From: Octopus bimaculoides
Taxonomy: Eukaryota
DNA: 37,253 nt
Reading direction: 5' to 3'
NCBI RefSeq assembly: GCF_001194135.2
Contig: NC_068998.1
Span: 48,992,149 to 49,029,401, forward strand
Shown: piece after piece, positions 24,365-36,883 of the stretch
Layout: every line of letters begins with the position of its first letter
Numbering within the stretch: position 1 is the stretch's first letter
Notes under the pieces: model-generated
Database searches by the model: none
Told to the model about the DNA's origin: nothing
Seen by the model: only the letters and a program-made list of their open reading frames with translations
Position numbers and translations under genes: made by a program

Positions 24365-24372
24365 CATTATCA
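24302..24372. repeat. (TAT)n microsatellite
   Basis: Read directly; it abuts the HINE 3' hairpin. Confidence 0.95.
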
Positions 24373-25734
24373 TTACAGTACAAAAAGAAATAACCTCTCA
24401 TAGCTCGCCTTATTATGTATGGAATGATTGTAACTAAGATTAGCCATAAAATACTTACTACAAGGAAACAAAAACGAAGAGTCAGAAAATGCTCGGTACA
24501 TTGTCTAAATCACGAGCGAATATCTGCAAGATGCTTATCGATCTCATGCTCTTTANNNNNNNNNNNNNNNNNNNNNNNNNNNNNNNNNNNNNNNNNNNNN
24601 NNNNNNNNNNNNNNNNNNNNNNNNNNNNNNNNNNNNNNNNNNNNNNNNNNNNNNNNNNNNNNNNNNNNNNNNNNNNNNNNNNNNNNNNNNNNNNNNNNNN
24701 NNNNNNNNNNNNNNNNNNNNNNNNNNNNNNNNNNNNNNNNNNNNNNNNNNNNNNNNNNNNNNNNNNNNNNNNNNNNNNNNNNNNNNNNNNNNNNNNNNNN
24801 NNNNNNNNNNNNNNNNNNNNNNNNNNNNNNNNNNNNNNNNNNNNNNNNNNNNNNNNNNNNNNNNNNNNNNNNNNNNNNNNNNNNNNNGTGTAGGTGGCGA
24901 GAAGGGCGAACAACAACAAAAAAAAAATGTAAAAAATTGAACATATATATATACGTGTATATATATATATAATCAAAAAGAAAGGAAAACAAAATATCTC
25001 ACTTGGGACGTGGACGAAAGGCGATTGATTCTTTTTATTGATTAATTTAGCGATATAATAAACGAAGTTAACCGCACTAATGGCGACATATGTGTGATCC
25101 CAGACACCAGGCAATAATATTATAATATATGAAGACATTCAATCAAATACACATAAATACAAACACACATACACATGCACACACTCATACACAGACGTAT
25201 ATATATATACACCTGTGTACATATGTGTGTATACAGAAGCACATATATACATATATATGCGTGTACACACATTTTTTCTTACGCACACACAACATAGTCA
25301 CGGACAAACACCCATACAATGAGGCCCGTAACATGTATTTATGTATATGTCGTATGCACATTCCCCATGTATATATACATATGTACGAATATATATAACA
25401 TATATATATTCGCGCACATTCATATACGAGCAAACATACTCTTGTGTTAAATACATTTTCTATGCTAATTTTGTTATTTGCATAAAGACATTTATACGCA
25501 CTTCTCATAGCCCTGCCCATTGATATTTCTGTATATACAAAATATGTACCATTATACGTACATATACGTGAATGAATACGTACTTTTATAAGTATAAATG
25601 TTTCTGTACACGTTCTATACATTTGTGGCTTTGATTCGACCGAATTGTTAATGTTCATTGCGTTCTGGTTTCAAATTGCGTCGAGGTCACTTGGTCTTCC
25701 CTGCTTTTTGGATTGATAATCGTTTCAAATTTTG

Positions 25735-26130
25735 CCACAAGGGCAGTCATTTTGGGGAAAGGGATGTGTCGATTACATGGACTCCAGTGTTTTACTGATA
25801 CTTAATTTGTCGACCCCGAAAGGATGAAAGGCAAAGTCGACCTCGGTGGAATTTAAACACTTCTTAGCATGTAGCTCGACGTGTTAGCGATTCTGTGAGC
25901 TCAACACCCTTTTTTGGATCAATAATCCTTACTACTATGGGCACAAGGTCTGGGAGGAGACTAGTCGATTACACCGACCCCAGTACGCAACTGGTACTTA
26001 ATTTATCGACCCCGAAAGGATGAAAGGCAAAGTCGACGTCGGTGGAACTTGAACTCAGGACGTAGCGACGGGCGAAATACCGCTAATCCTTTCATCCAGC
26101 CCCCTAACGATTATGCCAGCTCACCGCCTT
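25735..26130 (-). mobile_element. Two tandem SINE copies (third family): ~25735-25910 and ~25930-26130
   Basis: Both contain TCGACCCCGAAAGGATGAAAGGCAAAGTCGAC..CGGTGGAA and end in C(A/G)CC(C/T)TT-like heads. Confidence 0.88.
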
Positions 26131-26774
26131 CTTTTGGATTAATAATAAAAGCAGTTACTTAGTGTGGCTGTAAAACACACTTTCTCTCTCTCTCTCTCTG
26201 TCTGTCTTCCTCTGTCCGTCTGTTTGTCTGTCTGTCTCTCTCTGTCTCCGTCAAGGTATCATATCCTAGGTGTTCTGCTAGTTCAACTCTGTTTTTCTGT
26301 CTGCTCCTCGTTGTATGTCATATGAAAAACAGTAGCAAAATCAGGTTTGATGCTCCAGATTCACAGTGGGCTTGCGAATAACTGTTTTATTGGCTTATAT
26401 TTGTAAGTGTGTGAACCTTCATATGTATTTACTTTCGATCCTTGAGAACGTTACATTGAATATGTTTTCTCTACCGTAGTTTTTGGACAATCCCAAAACT
26501 TCCAGTCTGTATCTTCGTTAAGAGCAATTCTGTGAAATTTCCCTCCGTTGGATTGTCTGTTGTAGTATGGTAGTCTTTATTATTTGCTCTACCACCTATC
26601 TCCTTCTCTCCTTCGTTCAAAGAACTCTTTTTAGCGTTCAGAACAGGTGAGAATGACCTTTCGCTATGAAACTTCTCGTTAATCACCCAAACCTAAAGCA
26701 TCCGCAACAGACAGATAACACAACTTTACATCTTCCACAACTGTGTATGTCAAATTTACATGCTTAATGCTTGT

Positions 26775-26866
26775 TACCTCCGCCTTCACTAAGGCGGAGG
26801 TATTGTCTGCAGTCATGTTTGTTTGTTTATTTGCTTGTTTGACCGTGGACAAGATATTTCAAGAAC
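26775..26866 (+). mobile_element. Helentron/DINE-1-like (HINE) 5' portion, truncated by a SINE head
   Basis: Perfect 12-bp hairpin TACCTCCGCCTT-CACT-AAGGCGGAGGTA, followed by a (GTTT)n-like tract; a minus-strand SINE head begins at ~26867. Confidence 0.65.
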
Positions 26867-27093
26867 CGCTGCCCTAACCACTGGGCAATTGCACTTCCAC
26901 ACATACACAAACATGCATACATATGCATACACAAGACAGACTTTCATTTTGTGTCCCCCAAATTCACTCACAAGGCCTAGTAAGTCAATCCATTCCTATA
27001 GCACAAGAGTCTTCCCCATCGTCCGTAAGTCACATTCTTACAAAACTGTGTATTGCTAAGTATTTCTGAAGGTAACATAATTCATTATGAGAG

Positions 27094-27287
27094 ACAGTCC
27101 CACTGCGTGGCACATTGTTTGCCCCACCATCGCTTGCCAGCCGATGTTGGTGTGTTTACGTCTCCGTAACTTAGCGAGAGCGATAGAATAAGTGATAGGT
27201 TTCGAGAGAATAAGCCCTGGGGTCGATTTGTTCGACTGAAGGCGGTGCTTGAGCATGGCCGCAGTGAAATGACTGAAACCAATAAAA

Positions 27288-27290
<3 letters not shown>
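27094..27290 (+). mobile_element. SINE (second family) ending at (TA)n
   Basis: CAGTCCCACTGCGTGGCAC head remnant; body and tail homologous to the reverse complement of 4650-4865. Confidence 0.85.
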
Positions 27291-27366
<76 letters not shown>

Positions 27367-27702
27367 TGTATGCATGTATGTATATACAGAGAGAGAGAGA
27401 GAGAGAGAGAGGGAGGGGGAGGGGGAGAAAAGGATGGAAAAGAGAGAGATAAATAAGCTGTGTAATGAGTGCCAGTATTAATTGACAATTAATTTATTGA
27501 GCTTGCCGATAGGAAACGGAACAAGGAAGGTAAAGCAATACACACGACGCAGAAACAACTCAAGCATCCATTCATATTCCCTCTTCATCATCATCATCAA
27601 TATTATATGGATATATAGATAGATAGATAGATACGTCCGCTTATTTATGCAATGGAATACACATATTTATTATACACAGGTAATGAATGTACATACATAC
27701 AC

Positions 27703-27750
<48 letters not shown>

Positions 27751-27864
27751 ACACACACACATACACACACACACACACACATCATCTACATGTACAAGCA
27801 TGTATATCAGCATGTATTCATGGACATATATTTGTATATATATACATATATATGTGTGTGCGTT

Positions 27865-27948
<84 letters not shown>

Positions 27949-28449
27949 ATATGTGTGCATATATATATTCGTATATATATGGGCTATAATATACAACCAT
28001 CTATATGACGTCAATAGTGTTTTAGAGTTCGTTTCAGCAACTTTATTACATCATGGAGCAAATTTCACACTGAAATCACCCGACCATTGACGCCGTTTGT
28101 ATGGCAACAGGATAAAATCGATAATTTCTCTTGGCATTTATTTACTACCTTCGCACAATTCCTCCATTGAAGAGGGACTTCTGTGATAATAGTCTGACTG
28201 TCGGATCGAAACACTACGAAGAAGATTTCTCTCTTTTCCTTTCCTTTTCTTTCTCCTTTCGTCTCTCTCTTAACATACATACATGCATACATACATGCAT
28301 ATATATGTAAACTTGTTCATACATATATATATACATACATAACCCAAACTCACACATACATGCACATATATATATGTATATAGATGTATGTACATGTTTA
28401 CGTATGTATGTTTATTATTCATTATTATTATTATTATTATTATTATTGT

Positions 28450-28541
<92 letters not shown>

Positions 28542-29296
28542 TATTTGAGAAAATAAGATGACAAATGAATAGACGATTATCTTATGCGTTTCATTAGATT
28601 AGAGCCGTTTCTGCTATGAGATGCAGCGGAGTAATATTTTACTGCTTGAGAAACATCTTAAAGCTTCATCAGAGACTGCACTTCATCTTCGACGCTCCGA
28701 TGAAGCTATTCGGTGTTAATCAAACACTCAAATATGAGTCCGATGCATCTCGTAGCAGAAACAGCTGTGAAGCTAATAAAGATAATAAGATAATCTTTAT
28801 TCCTTTGTCATTACATTTTTTTATTACTACTCTGTACTCAACTATCTCTTCGTTCAGAAACATATGCATATTAAATCCTACACTATAGGTGATAAACTTT
28901 ATATTCATTTACATACTGTCTACGTTATCTGGACAACCATCTTTAGTTATCTGAAAGACACTGCTCTACAACGAGCAAGTTTCATTAGAAAGTGAAAATG
29001 GTTTCACACTTTCAATTTGAACCGAAATTACAAAGTGTTACATTAAGAGAGCGATGATGTGTGAATAATGAAAGTAATGATTTTCCGAATAAATGACATC
29101 TGTACTATAATAAAGGAATCTGCTTATCCTCTATCTATATATATTGAGGTATCCCATAAGTAATGCGGTTTTTTAATTACATGAACTAAAAGTCGGAGGG
29201 GGATGGGATAAACTGTCTGCATCAACTTCTTACGAAAGTAGAATTTTACCATATCCTTTATTCTTAGTGCAAGTTTTGAAGAAAGGCAGAAATGTA

Positions 29297-29537
29297 GGCA
29301 TCACGAAAGCGACTAAGGGCACCAGTCAGCACCAGTTTTGCTAGAAATAAGAGTCAAACCAACTCATAGCTACATAAAGCACTTATCTTATGATTTACAA
29401 GGAAGGCAGGCTCCCTAGATGTGAATATAGGGAGCCTTCCTTCCTTGGCAGTCACAAATGTTTTATGCAGCTATGAGTTGTTTGGATTCTTATTTCTAGC
29501 AAAACTGGTGCTGCACTAGTGCCCTTCTTTAGTGACG

Positions 29538-29539
<2 letters not shown>
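29297..29539. mobile_element. TA-flanked fold-back (palindromic) element, probably a Tc1/mariner-type MITE
   Basis: Arms 29297-29381 and 29459-29539 are inverted repeats containing a perfect 26-bp run. Inner 20-bp stem 29398-29417/29428-29447 has one mismatch and a 10-nt loop. TA at 29295-29296 and 29540-29541. Confidence 0.75.
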
Positions 29540-29620
<81 letters not shown>

Positions 29621-30028
29621 GTCTGTCCGTGTGTATGCGTGTGTATGTGTATATATGTATATATACACACAGACACACACATGCACGAACACACACGCAC
29701 GTGGGAAAAAGGTGTGTAAACACCATATCCGTCCAGTGCTGTTCCGAAACAGATTCTCAGAGTGACTGCATACTCATATACTTATAGGTAAGTGTATATC
29801 TGTGTGTATGTGTGAATGTGTGTGAACATGTAGCTGCATGTAGGTGAAGTGTGATGTAGCAACCGCTACTCTTGTGCTATGGAAACCAGTTAAAGAAACA
29901 AGGTGGGCTCGGATGGATTGATTCGCTATGCGTCATGGAAACGTTTTGTTTCCTTTAAAAAAAAAAAAGAGAAACAAAATATCTAAATACGTACGTGCTT
30001 TTCATGTTTATGTTGGGAATGAAAGAAT

Positions 30029-30059
<31 letters not shown>

Positions 30060-30066
30060 GAATAAG

Positions 30067-30109
<43 letters not shown>

Positions 30110-30588
30110 TTACAGTGTAGAAGTATTGAAAGACGTGTGGTAGATGTGAGATGTACTAAGCTTGTAACTGTATATAATTCACACGCACATAGACACACGC
30201 ACGCACACTTATGCACGCACACACACATATATTACGCCAGATGTGCCCCAGTATTCAGTGATAATACTATCGCAAAGGGCTTTTCTTCTACATCAATATA
30301 TCAAATACTTCCTCGCCGTTATTCTAGATAAATACATTTTCGTGGATAATATTACCCTTCAATTCTCGATAACCTTTCACATTTAAGTATCACAGCATCA
30401 TCCGGATTGGAGTCTAAAATCCTCGCATTTTACGTACAATATTTCTTCACCTAAATACATGCATATATTCTTCGCACGAACGTACAGATATATTGACACA
30501 CGCACACGCCGCAAACACACAGAGCAGCATCTATATGATATAGACGCAAACGGATACAAACACAGATTGACAGATACATATATACATA

Positions 30589-30634
<46 letters not shown>

Positions 30635-31117
30635 NNNNNNNNNNNNNNNNNNNNNNNNNNNNNNNNNNNNNNNNNNNNNNNNNNNNNNNNNNNNNNNNNN
30701 NNNNNNNNNNNNNNNNNNNNNNNNNNNNNNNNNNNNNNNNNNNNNNNNNNNNNNNNNNNNNNNNNNNNNNNNNNNNNNNNNNNNNNNNNNNNNNNNNNNN
30801 NNNNNNNNNNNNNNNNNNNNNNNNNNNNNNNNNNNNNNNNNNNNNNNNNNNNNNNNNNNNNNNNNNNNNNNNNNNNNNNNNNNNNNNNNNNNNNNNNNNN
30901 NNNNNNNNNNNNNNNNNNNNNNNNNNNNNNNNNNNNNNNNNNNNNNNNNNNNNNNNNNNNNNNNNNNNNNNNNNNNNNNNNNNNNNNNNNNNNNNNNNNN
31001 NNNNNNNNNNNNNNNNNNNNNNNNNNNNNNNNNNNNNNNNNNNNNNNNNNNNNNNNNNNNNNNNNNNNNNNNNNNNNNNNNNNNNNNNNNNNNNNNNNNN
31101 NNNNNNNNNNNNNNNNN

Positions 31118-31148
<31 letters not shown>

Positions 31149-32977
31149 TATATGCGTGCGTTCATGTACTTGTATGTGTGTGAAACAAGTAGGTCCAGGT
31201 TTCATCAAACTGCTGAGGAATGGGATGTAACCTGATACTCGGGGTATCGATTAACACTGTTTCCAGCGAGCCATACCTGCATCCCATCTCGGGCGCACTT
31301 GAAAGTCATTTCCCGACACACCAAATTCTCAACATCATTTTCAGTTCATAATGGCGTCTGTGGTATTTGCATTTCTCCCCACGTTCTGAATTCCGGCGAG
31401 AATAGAATGAATCTTGCACAACACCACAATTACTTAACAATGAACACAATCAATATTCGGTGAGGAATGACTAAATAATGACTTTAACCTCAGCCATTGA
31501 AATGTAAAGGACTGCGAATTAGCTGCCTAATTTAACGAATTCTACGTAACAATTTGGAAAAAATAAATGCATATATGACTATATAAGTATACTAGATTTA
31601 ACAACAAAAGGTTAATTAGAATCTTGCATCTTTTCAATGTTACATAAGAGGATTTTTAAGTATGTTATTTGCATATTCTTGCCTATCCTGCTTAGACAGG
31701 ATATTGCAGTTAATCTCATCTAAATGGAAATACGTTAAACTCAATTTTAAACTATTGATGAAATCTGTTGAATGACTGAATCAATAGCATGTTGAACGCC
31801 TGATCGATATTGAAGAATTTGTATTGCATAATTAGCACTTCTTCGTATTTCAGCCAAAGATTCTAAACTATCGATGTCTGCCAAAAATCAGGCTACTCTT
31901 CTCCTCAGAGCAGTGGCGATTCCTAAATTTAATTAAGTAAGATTTAATTAATTATGATCTGGTTCAATTATTAAATTTTATAAGGTTTTATATCTTTTTT
32001 GTGAAATATTTTATCGTTTAAAATGTGTCGTGTCGCGTTCTCTTTTTTTCTTGAAACGTTGTTTAGTAATATTTATCTGAACTCGCAACTGGAATAGTCT
32101 TGTTTGAAGAAGGTTAACGTGTGCTTACTGCATTGTGGTAACACCATTTTCCCAAAATGACGCAATACGCCACAAATCAAACAATAAATAGAAGGCTGTT
32201 ATGTGGAGGATAAGGCTTGCTTCTGCAAGCTTCAAATAGCAGTACACACACATACACACACACACACATACTTACATACATACATGCACACATACATACA
32301 TACACTCTTTATGTGTGTATGTATGTGTATATATATATATATATATCAAAAAAAAAAAAAAAAAAANNNNNNNNNNNNNNNNNNNNNNNNNNNNNNNNNN
32401 NNNNNNNNNNNNNNNNNNNNNNNNNNNNNNNNNNNNNNNNNNNNNNNNNNNNNNNNNNNNNNNNNNNNNNNNNNNNNNNNNNNNNNNNNNNNNNNNNNNN
32501 NNNNNNNNNNNNNNNNNNNNNNNNNNNNNNNNNNNNNNNNNNNNNNNNNNNNNNNNNNNNNNNNNNNNNNNNNNNNNNNNNNNNNNNNNNNNNNNNNNNN
32601 NNNNNNNNNNNNNNNNNNNNNNNNNNNNNNNNNNNNNNNNNNNNNNNNNNNNNNNNNNNNNNNNNNNNNNNNNNNNNNNNNNNNNNNNNNNNNNNNNNNN
32701 NNNNNNNNNNNNNNNNNNNNNNNNNNNNNNNNNNNNNNNNNNNNNNNNNNNNNNNNNNNNNNNNNNNNNNNNNNNNNNNNNNNNNNNNNNNNNNNNNNNN
32801 NNNNNNNNNNNNNNNNNNNNNNNNNNNNNNNNNNNNNNNNNNNNNNNNNNNNNNNNNNNNNNNNNNNNNNNNNNNNNNNNNNNNNNNNNNNNNNNNNNNN
32901 NNNNNNNNNNNNNNNNNNNNNNNNNNNNNNNNNNNNNNNNNNNNNNNNNNNNNNNNNNNNNNNNNNNNNNNNNNNNN

Positions 32978-33019
<42 letters not shown>

Positions 33020-33269
33020 TAGGTATAGAAATTGTATCGTTCATAATATATCTTCATTCCTTCTGTCTTTTCTAATATACCTTGAGATTAAAACAATGTA
33101 ACTAATTGGTGATATCCTTCGGATTTACAAATTGTACCTGTCACAGGATATACATACCAGCCTATACGGGTTGCCATTGTATCACATCAGCAATTTACTT
33201 TGTCAGGTTCTATTTACTCACAGTGCTTAAAGAGGTATTTGCTTGGATTTATTGCATCCGTAAATTCTT

Positions 33270-33326
<57 letters not shown>

Positions 33327-33327
33327 G

Positions 33328-33808
33328 AGACAAACACTTTCCTCTCTGGTCAATCTCTCATGAACTTCAAGTATCACTTGAAGAGGAAGGTGAGAGTAGA
33401 GAGGGAAGTTTTGTCTACTGAATGTTTAAAAAAAAAACATGGGTGAATGTAGCAAGGATGGCACGTGTGAATGACGGAGCCCCCTTGAGCATAATCCTAT
33501 GAACCAAAAAAAAAAAGGAAAGGAAAAAGAGAGTCACTTACTGTAATGTGTTTTTTTGTAGGACACTATTGCCCAAGGTTCCCGTGGTCTTTTCCGTAGG
33601 CTTTTCTTTCCACGGATAAACCTAATCTGTTTTCCTTTTTTACACTATGACATTTCTGTGATACACGATCCCTATTGATCGGCTTTTTTTTTCACGATCC
33701 CTTTTGATTGACATTCGCCCCACTTTTTTTCTCTTCTTCCCAAAAGAAAAGCTCTACTTTGTATTTTGTCCCTTTTGTGTTCAGCCCTGTGTGGCCAATA
33801 TAGAAACA
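33328..33808 (+). mobile_element. 5'-truncated L1/Tx1-like LINE: ORF2 C-terminus plus 3' UTR (copy 2)
   Basis: Reads TNTFLSGQSLMNFKYHLKRKVRVEREVLSTECLK, then after an A-run frameshift TWVNVARMARVNDGAPLSIIL* (TGA 33500-33502). A ~300-bp T-rich UTR follows, ending CAGCCCTGTGTGGCCAATATAGAAAC. Homologous to 1215-1480. Confidence 0.78.
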
Positions 33809-35009
33809 TATCTATCTAACTATCTGTCTATCTACATATTTATCTATTTTGAAAAAGCTCCAGGTTTAACAGATAAGTCGGTTTGTTCCACTAAGCATTT
33901 CGAGAGGACGTCCCAGCATGGCTGTAGTCCAGTGACGAGCACACTCATCAAGTAAGAGATAAAGTAGAAAATATTGATAAAGACAGATCTCAGTCGGCAA
34001 GTAAAGGCCATGTGTACTCTCTTTTTCTTCGACACCTAGTAAACAAACAAAAAACAAATGAACAAATAAATAAAAATAAAACTGATTAAATAAATAGATA
34101 AATAAATAATAAAATTAGTCTCACTGTGTTTAATTTGCCGTTTTGTTTTCATCAACTCATTATCAATACCAAAGTTATCGATATGAACTTTTACTAAAAC
34201 AAATTGAATTTCAAGAAAAGGTGAATGTTATAGTCTTGTCTTTCGTTGTTGTGATGAAATATTAAGAATGGTTTTAAAACTAAATTAAAACAGAAATTCT
34301 GAAGACAAATATCTTGGCACATTGTAAACAACGAGTTATACAAAATCTTTATAAATTTTCTAGACAGTCTGTTTGTTTTATTTTTTCTGGGTTATTTTCG
34401 GTAAAGTTTTTACCTCTTAATTTTTGTTTTTTTGGTGTTTTTTTTCTTTGGTGATGTTTTGTGGGTTTTTCTATTCGAGACTGAAATGTAATGTATTTTG
34501 TTTGCTCTTTCCTGGTTAGATTGATTTACGTTCGAAACACAAAGAGCACCGGCATTATTAGATTGCTTTATGTGAATAAATGAGATTAAATTGGCAGAAG
34601 AAAACGGTCGAAGACGAAAGAAGAGTGTTATGATGCCAATGTAAAGTGATGATGGCTTTTTCTGGATGTTAATGTTGAGAAGAGATAGATGGCAAAAGGA
34701 AAAAGATATATGTTGTTCAGAAAACATTTTCAGTATTTATTCTCGATGATGGTAACGTGTATTTCATAGCTGTAGTGTTAATTAAGCGTCGATATCAACG
34801 ATTATACTACAAACTTTCACACACACATGCAGGCACACGCATGCACATATACATATATATACACGGACCTACTCACGGAACCACACACGGATCCACACAT
34901 GCGCATACACATGCATATATAAATATGTGTGAACGGATGTGTACAATATGTGTGTGTGTGTGTCTCTATATGTGTGTAAGTGCATGTATGTATATCTGCG
35001 CGTGAGTGA

Positions 35010-35053
<44 letters not shown>

Positions 35054-35063
35054 NNNNNNNNNN

Positions 35064-35106
<43 letters not shown>

Positions 35107-35335
35107 TGTGTGTAACGTCACACGTGGCTGCTATCCTAGTATGAAATCCATTACATCCTGTTGTATGATCTGACTGTCAATGAATAAACCGGCAACACCA
35201 ATAGGTCTGCTTGGTGGGCAAAATTGTTTTGGACCAACTCTGATACGGACAAGACTTTTCAAAAGGCGAATGAATTGAGGTGAATGATTATTTGGTCTGG
35301 AGATGCAAACAGGAAAAATAGAACTCAAAGCACGA

Positions 35336-35383
<48 letters not shown>

Positions 35384-35957
35384 TAAAAAATAACGTCGAC
35401 CACTAACGTGGACAATTAATGCGCTAGAAATAGATCACATCTTGTGTCTATTAAGACCTAAATTGTTCTCAACATGAAATATAGCAGCATACCATATNNN
35501 NNNNNNNNNNNNNNNNNNNNNNNNNNNNNNNNNNNNNNNNNNNNNNNNNNNNNNNNNNNNNNNNNNNNNNNNNNNNNNNNNNNNNNNNNNNNNNNNNNNN
35601 NNNNNNNNNNNNNNNNNNNNNNNNNNNNNNNNNNNNNNNNNNNNNNNNNNNNNNNNNNNNNNNNNNNNNNNNNNNNNNNNNNNNNNNNNNNNNNNNNNNN
35701 NNNNNNNNNNNNNNNNNNNNNNNNNNNNNNNNNNNNNNNNNNNNNNNNNNNNNNNNNNNNNNNNNNNNNNNNNNNNNNNNNNNNNNNNNNNNNNNNNNNN
35801 NNNNNNNNNNNNNNNNNNNNNNNNNNNNNNNNNNNNNNNNNNNNNNNNNNNNNNNNNNNNNNNNNNNNNNNNNNNNNNNNNNNNNNNNNNNNNNATATCA
35901 AGTTTGTATGTATGTATATTATTCATCTATTTTTGTGTGTCTGCGTCTTTGTCTGTT

Positions 35958-36022
<65 letters not shown>

Positions 36023-36806
36023 ATTATCGATCTATGCTATTTGCAGTAAATCTAAATGTCAGGCTCGTTTAATATGAAAACCCACTCTTTTCTCATAACC
36101 GTTATCATTACAACTATCAACTAAAATATATGACTGTACTTCGAATGATAAACGTCTTCACCTCTCGTACACGTTGCCTTTGGAGAATTCCCTTGCCTTT
36201 GGAGAATACTGTTTGGAGAGTTCCCCATACATCTATCGTTTTTGGCTATATCTTATGCAGTGTGAATTATTATTCGTATCATCTTTATATCCTTTGAGTC
36301 ATTCTTCACTCACATCTATTTTGCCGCGCGTTTGTAGAGTTTTTCCACTGAAATATCACGATTAAATTGTACATGTCTGACTGCATATATTTAATTAGTT
36401 GTATTTATTTATTGTGGTAACTATCTATTGATTTATTCGTAGTGGCTTATATGCATATACTTTTATTTTTTACGATTTAGTGAGATGAGGAAAGGCAGCA
36501 TTCAATGCGTAGCATTTGCAAAATTCCCAATATTGGTAGAGCAGGAGGCCCATGAAATAACACCGTCTCTTCGATCGATACATTAGAAAGCACAACCTCC
36601 AGGCATTGACCTTCAGAACTATCCCAGCTGCATGCTTGTTAAAGAGCAGAATGGGCCATTCTAAAAGCACCAATACGACATCTGGTGGTGTTAGAGTGGT
36701 TGACTGAAACTAACACAACACTGTTGTTGGAAGGCAGATTTAGAGAGGGTGCAGCCAAAACTACGCGCCCTTTCCCTCAATTGTTCAGTTGAAGCTTAGA
36801 TAGTGC

Positions 36807-36883
36807 CACGTGACAGTTAGCTGGTGCTGGCTGCTGGAGACTACTGGCGAGTATTTAAAGGGAAATTTGACGATTGTCATTCG
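36807..36883 (+). promoter_or_regulatory. Candidate Pol II core promoter (E-box, TATA-like, Inr)
   Basis: CACGTG 36807-36812, TATTTAAA 36852-36859, TCATTC (matches TCAKTY) 36877-36882, in a GC-balanced non-microsatellite segment. Motif evidence only. Confidence 0.3.

Larger units (their letters stand above)
12470..35894. other. Eleven assembly gaps (N runs), e.g. 12470-12517, 15392-15940, 16708-17372, 18362-18825, 21336-21706, 23060-23499, 24556-24887, 30635-31117, 32367-32977, 35054-35063, 35498-35894
   Basis: N runs read directly; most abut (TA)n, (CA)n, (GA)n or An on at least one side, as expected for short-read scaffold gaps. Confidence 0.95.

Noticed and set aside
35131-35328. Minus-strand 65-aa ORF with a strong acceptor near 35300
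   Set aside because: No convincing donor or family similarity; unsupported without expression data.
15226-36049. Long ORFs of 130-354 aa containing X runs
   Set aside because: They are open only because N gaps and (TA)n/(CA)n tracts contain no stop codons.
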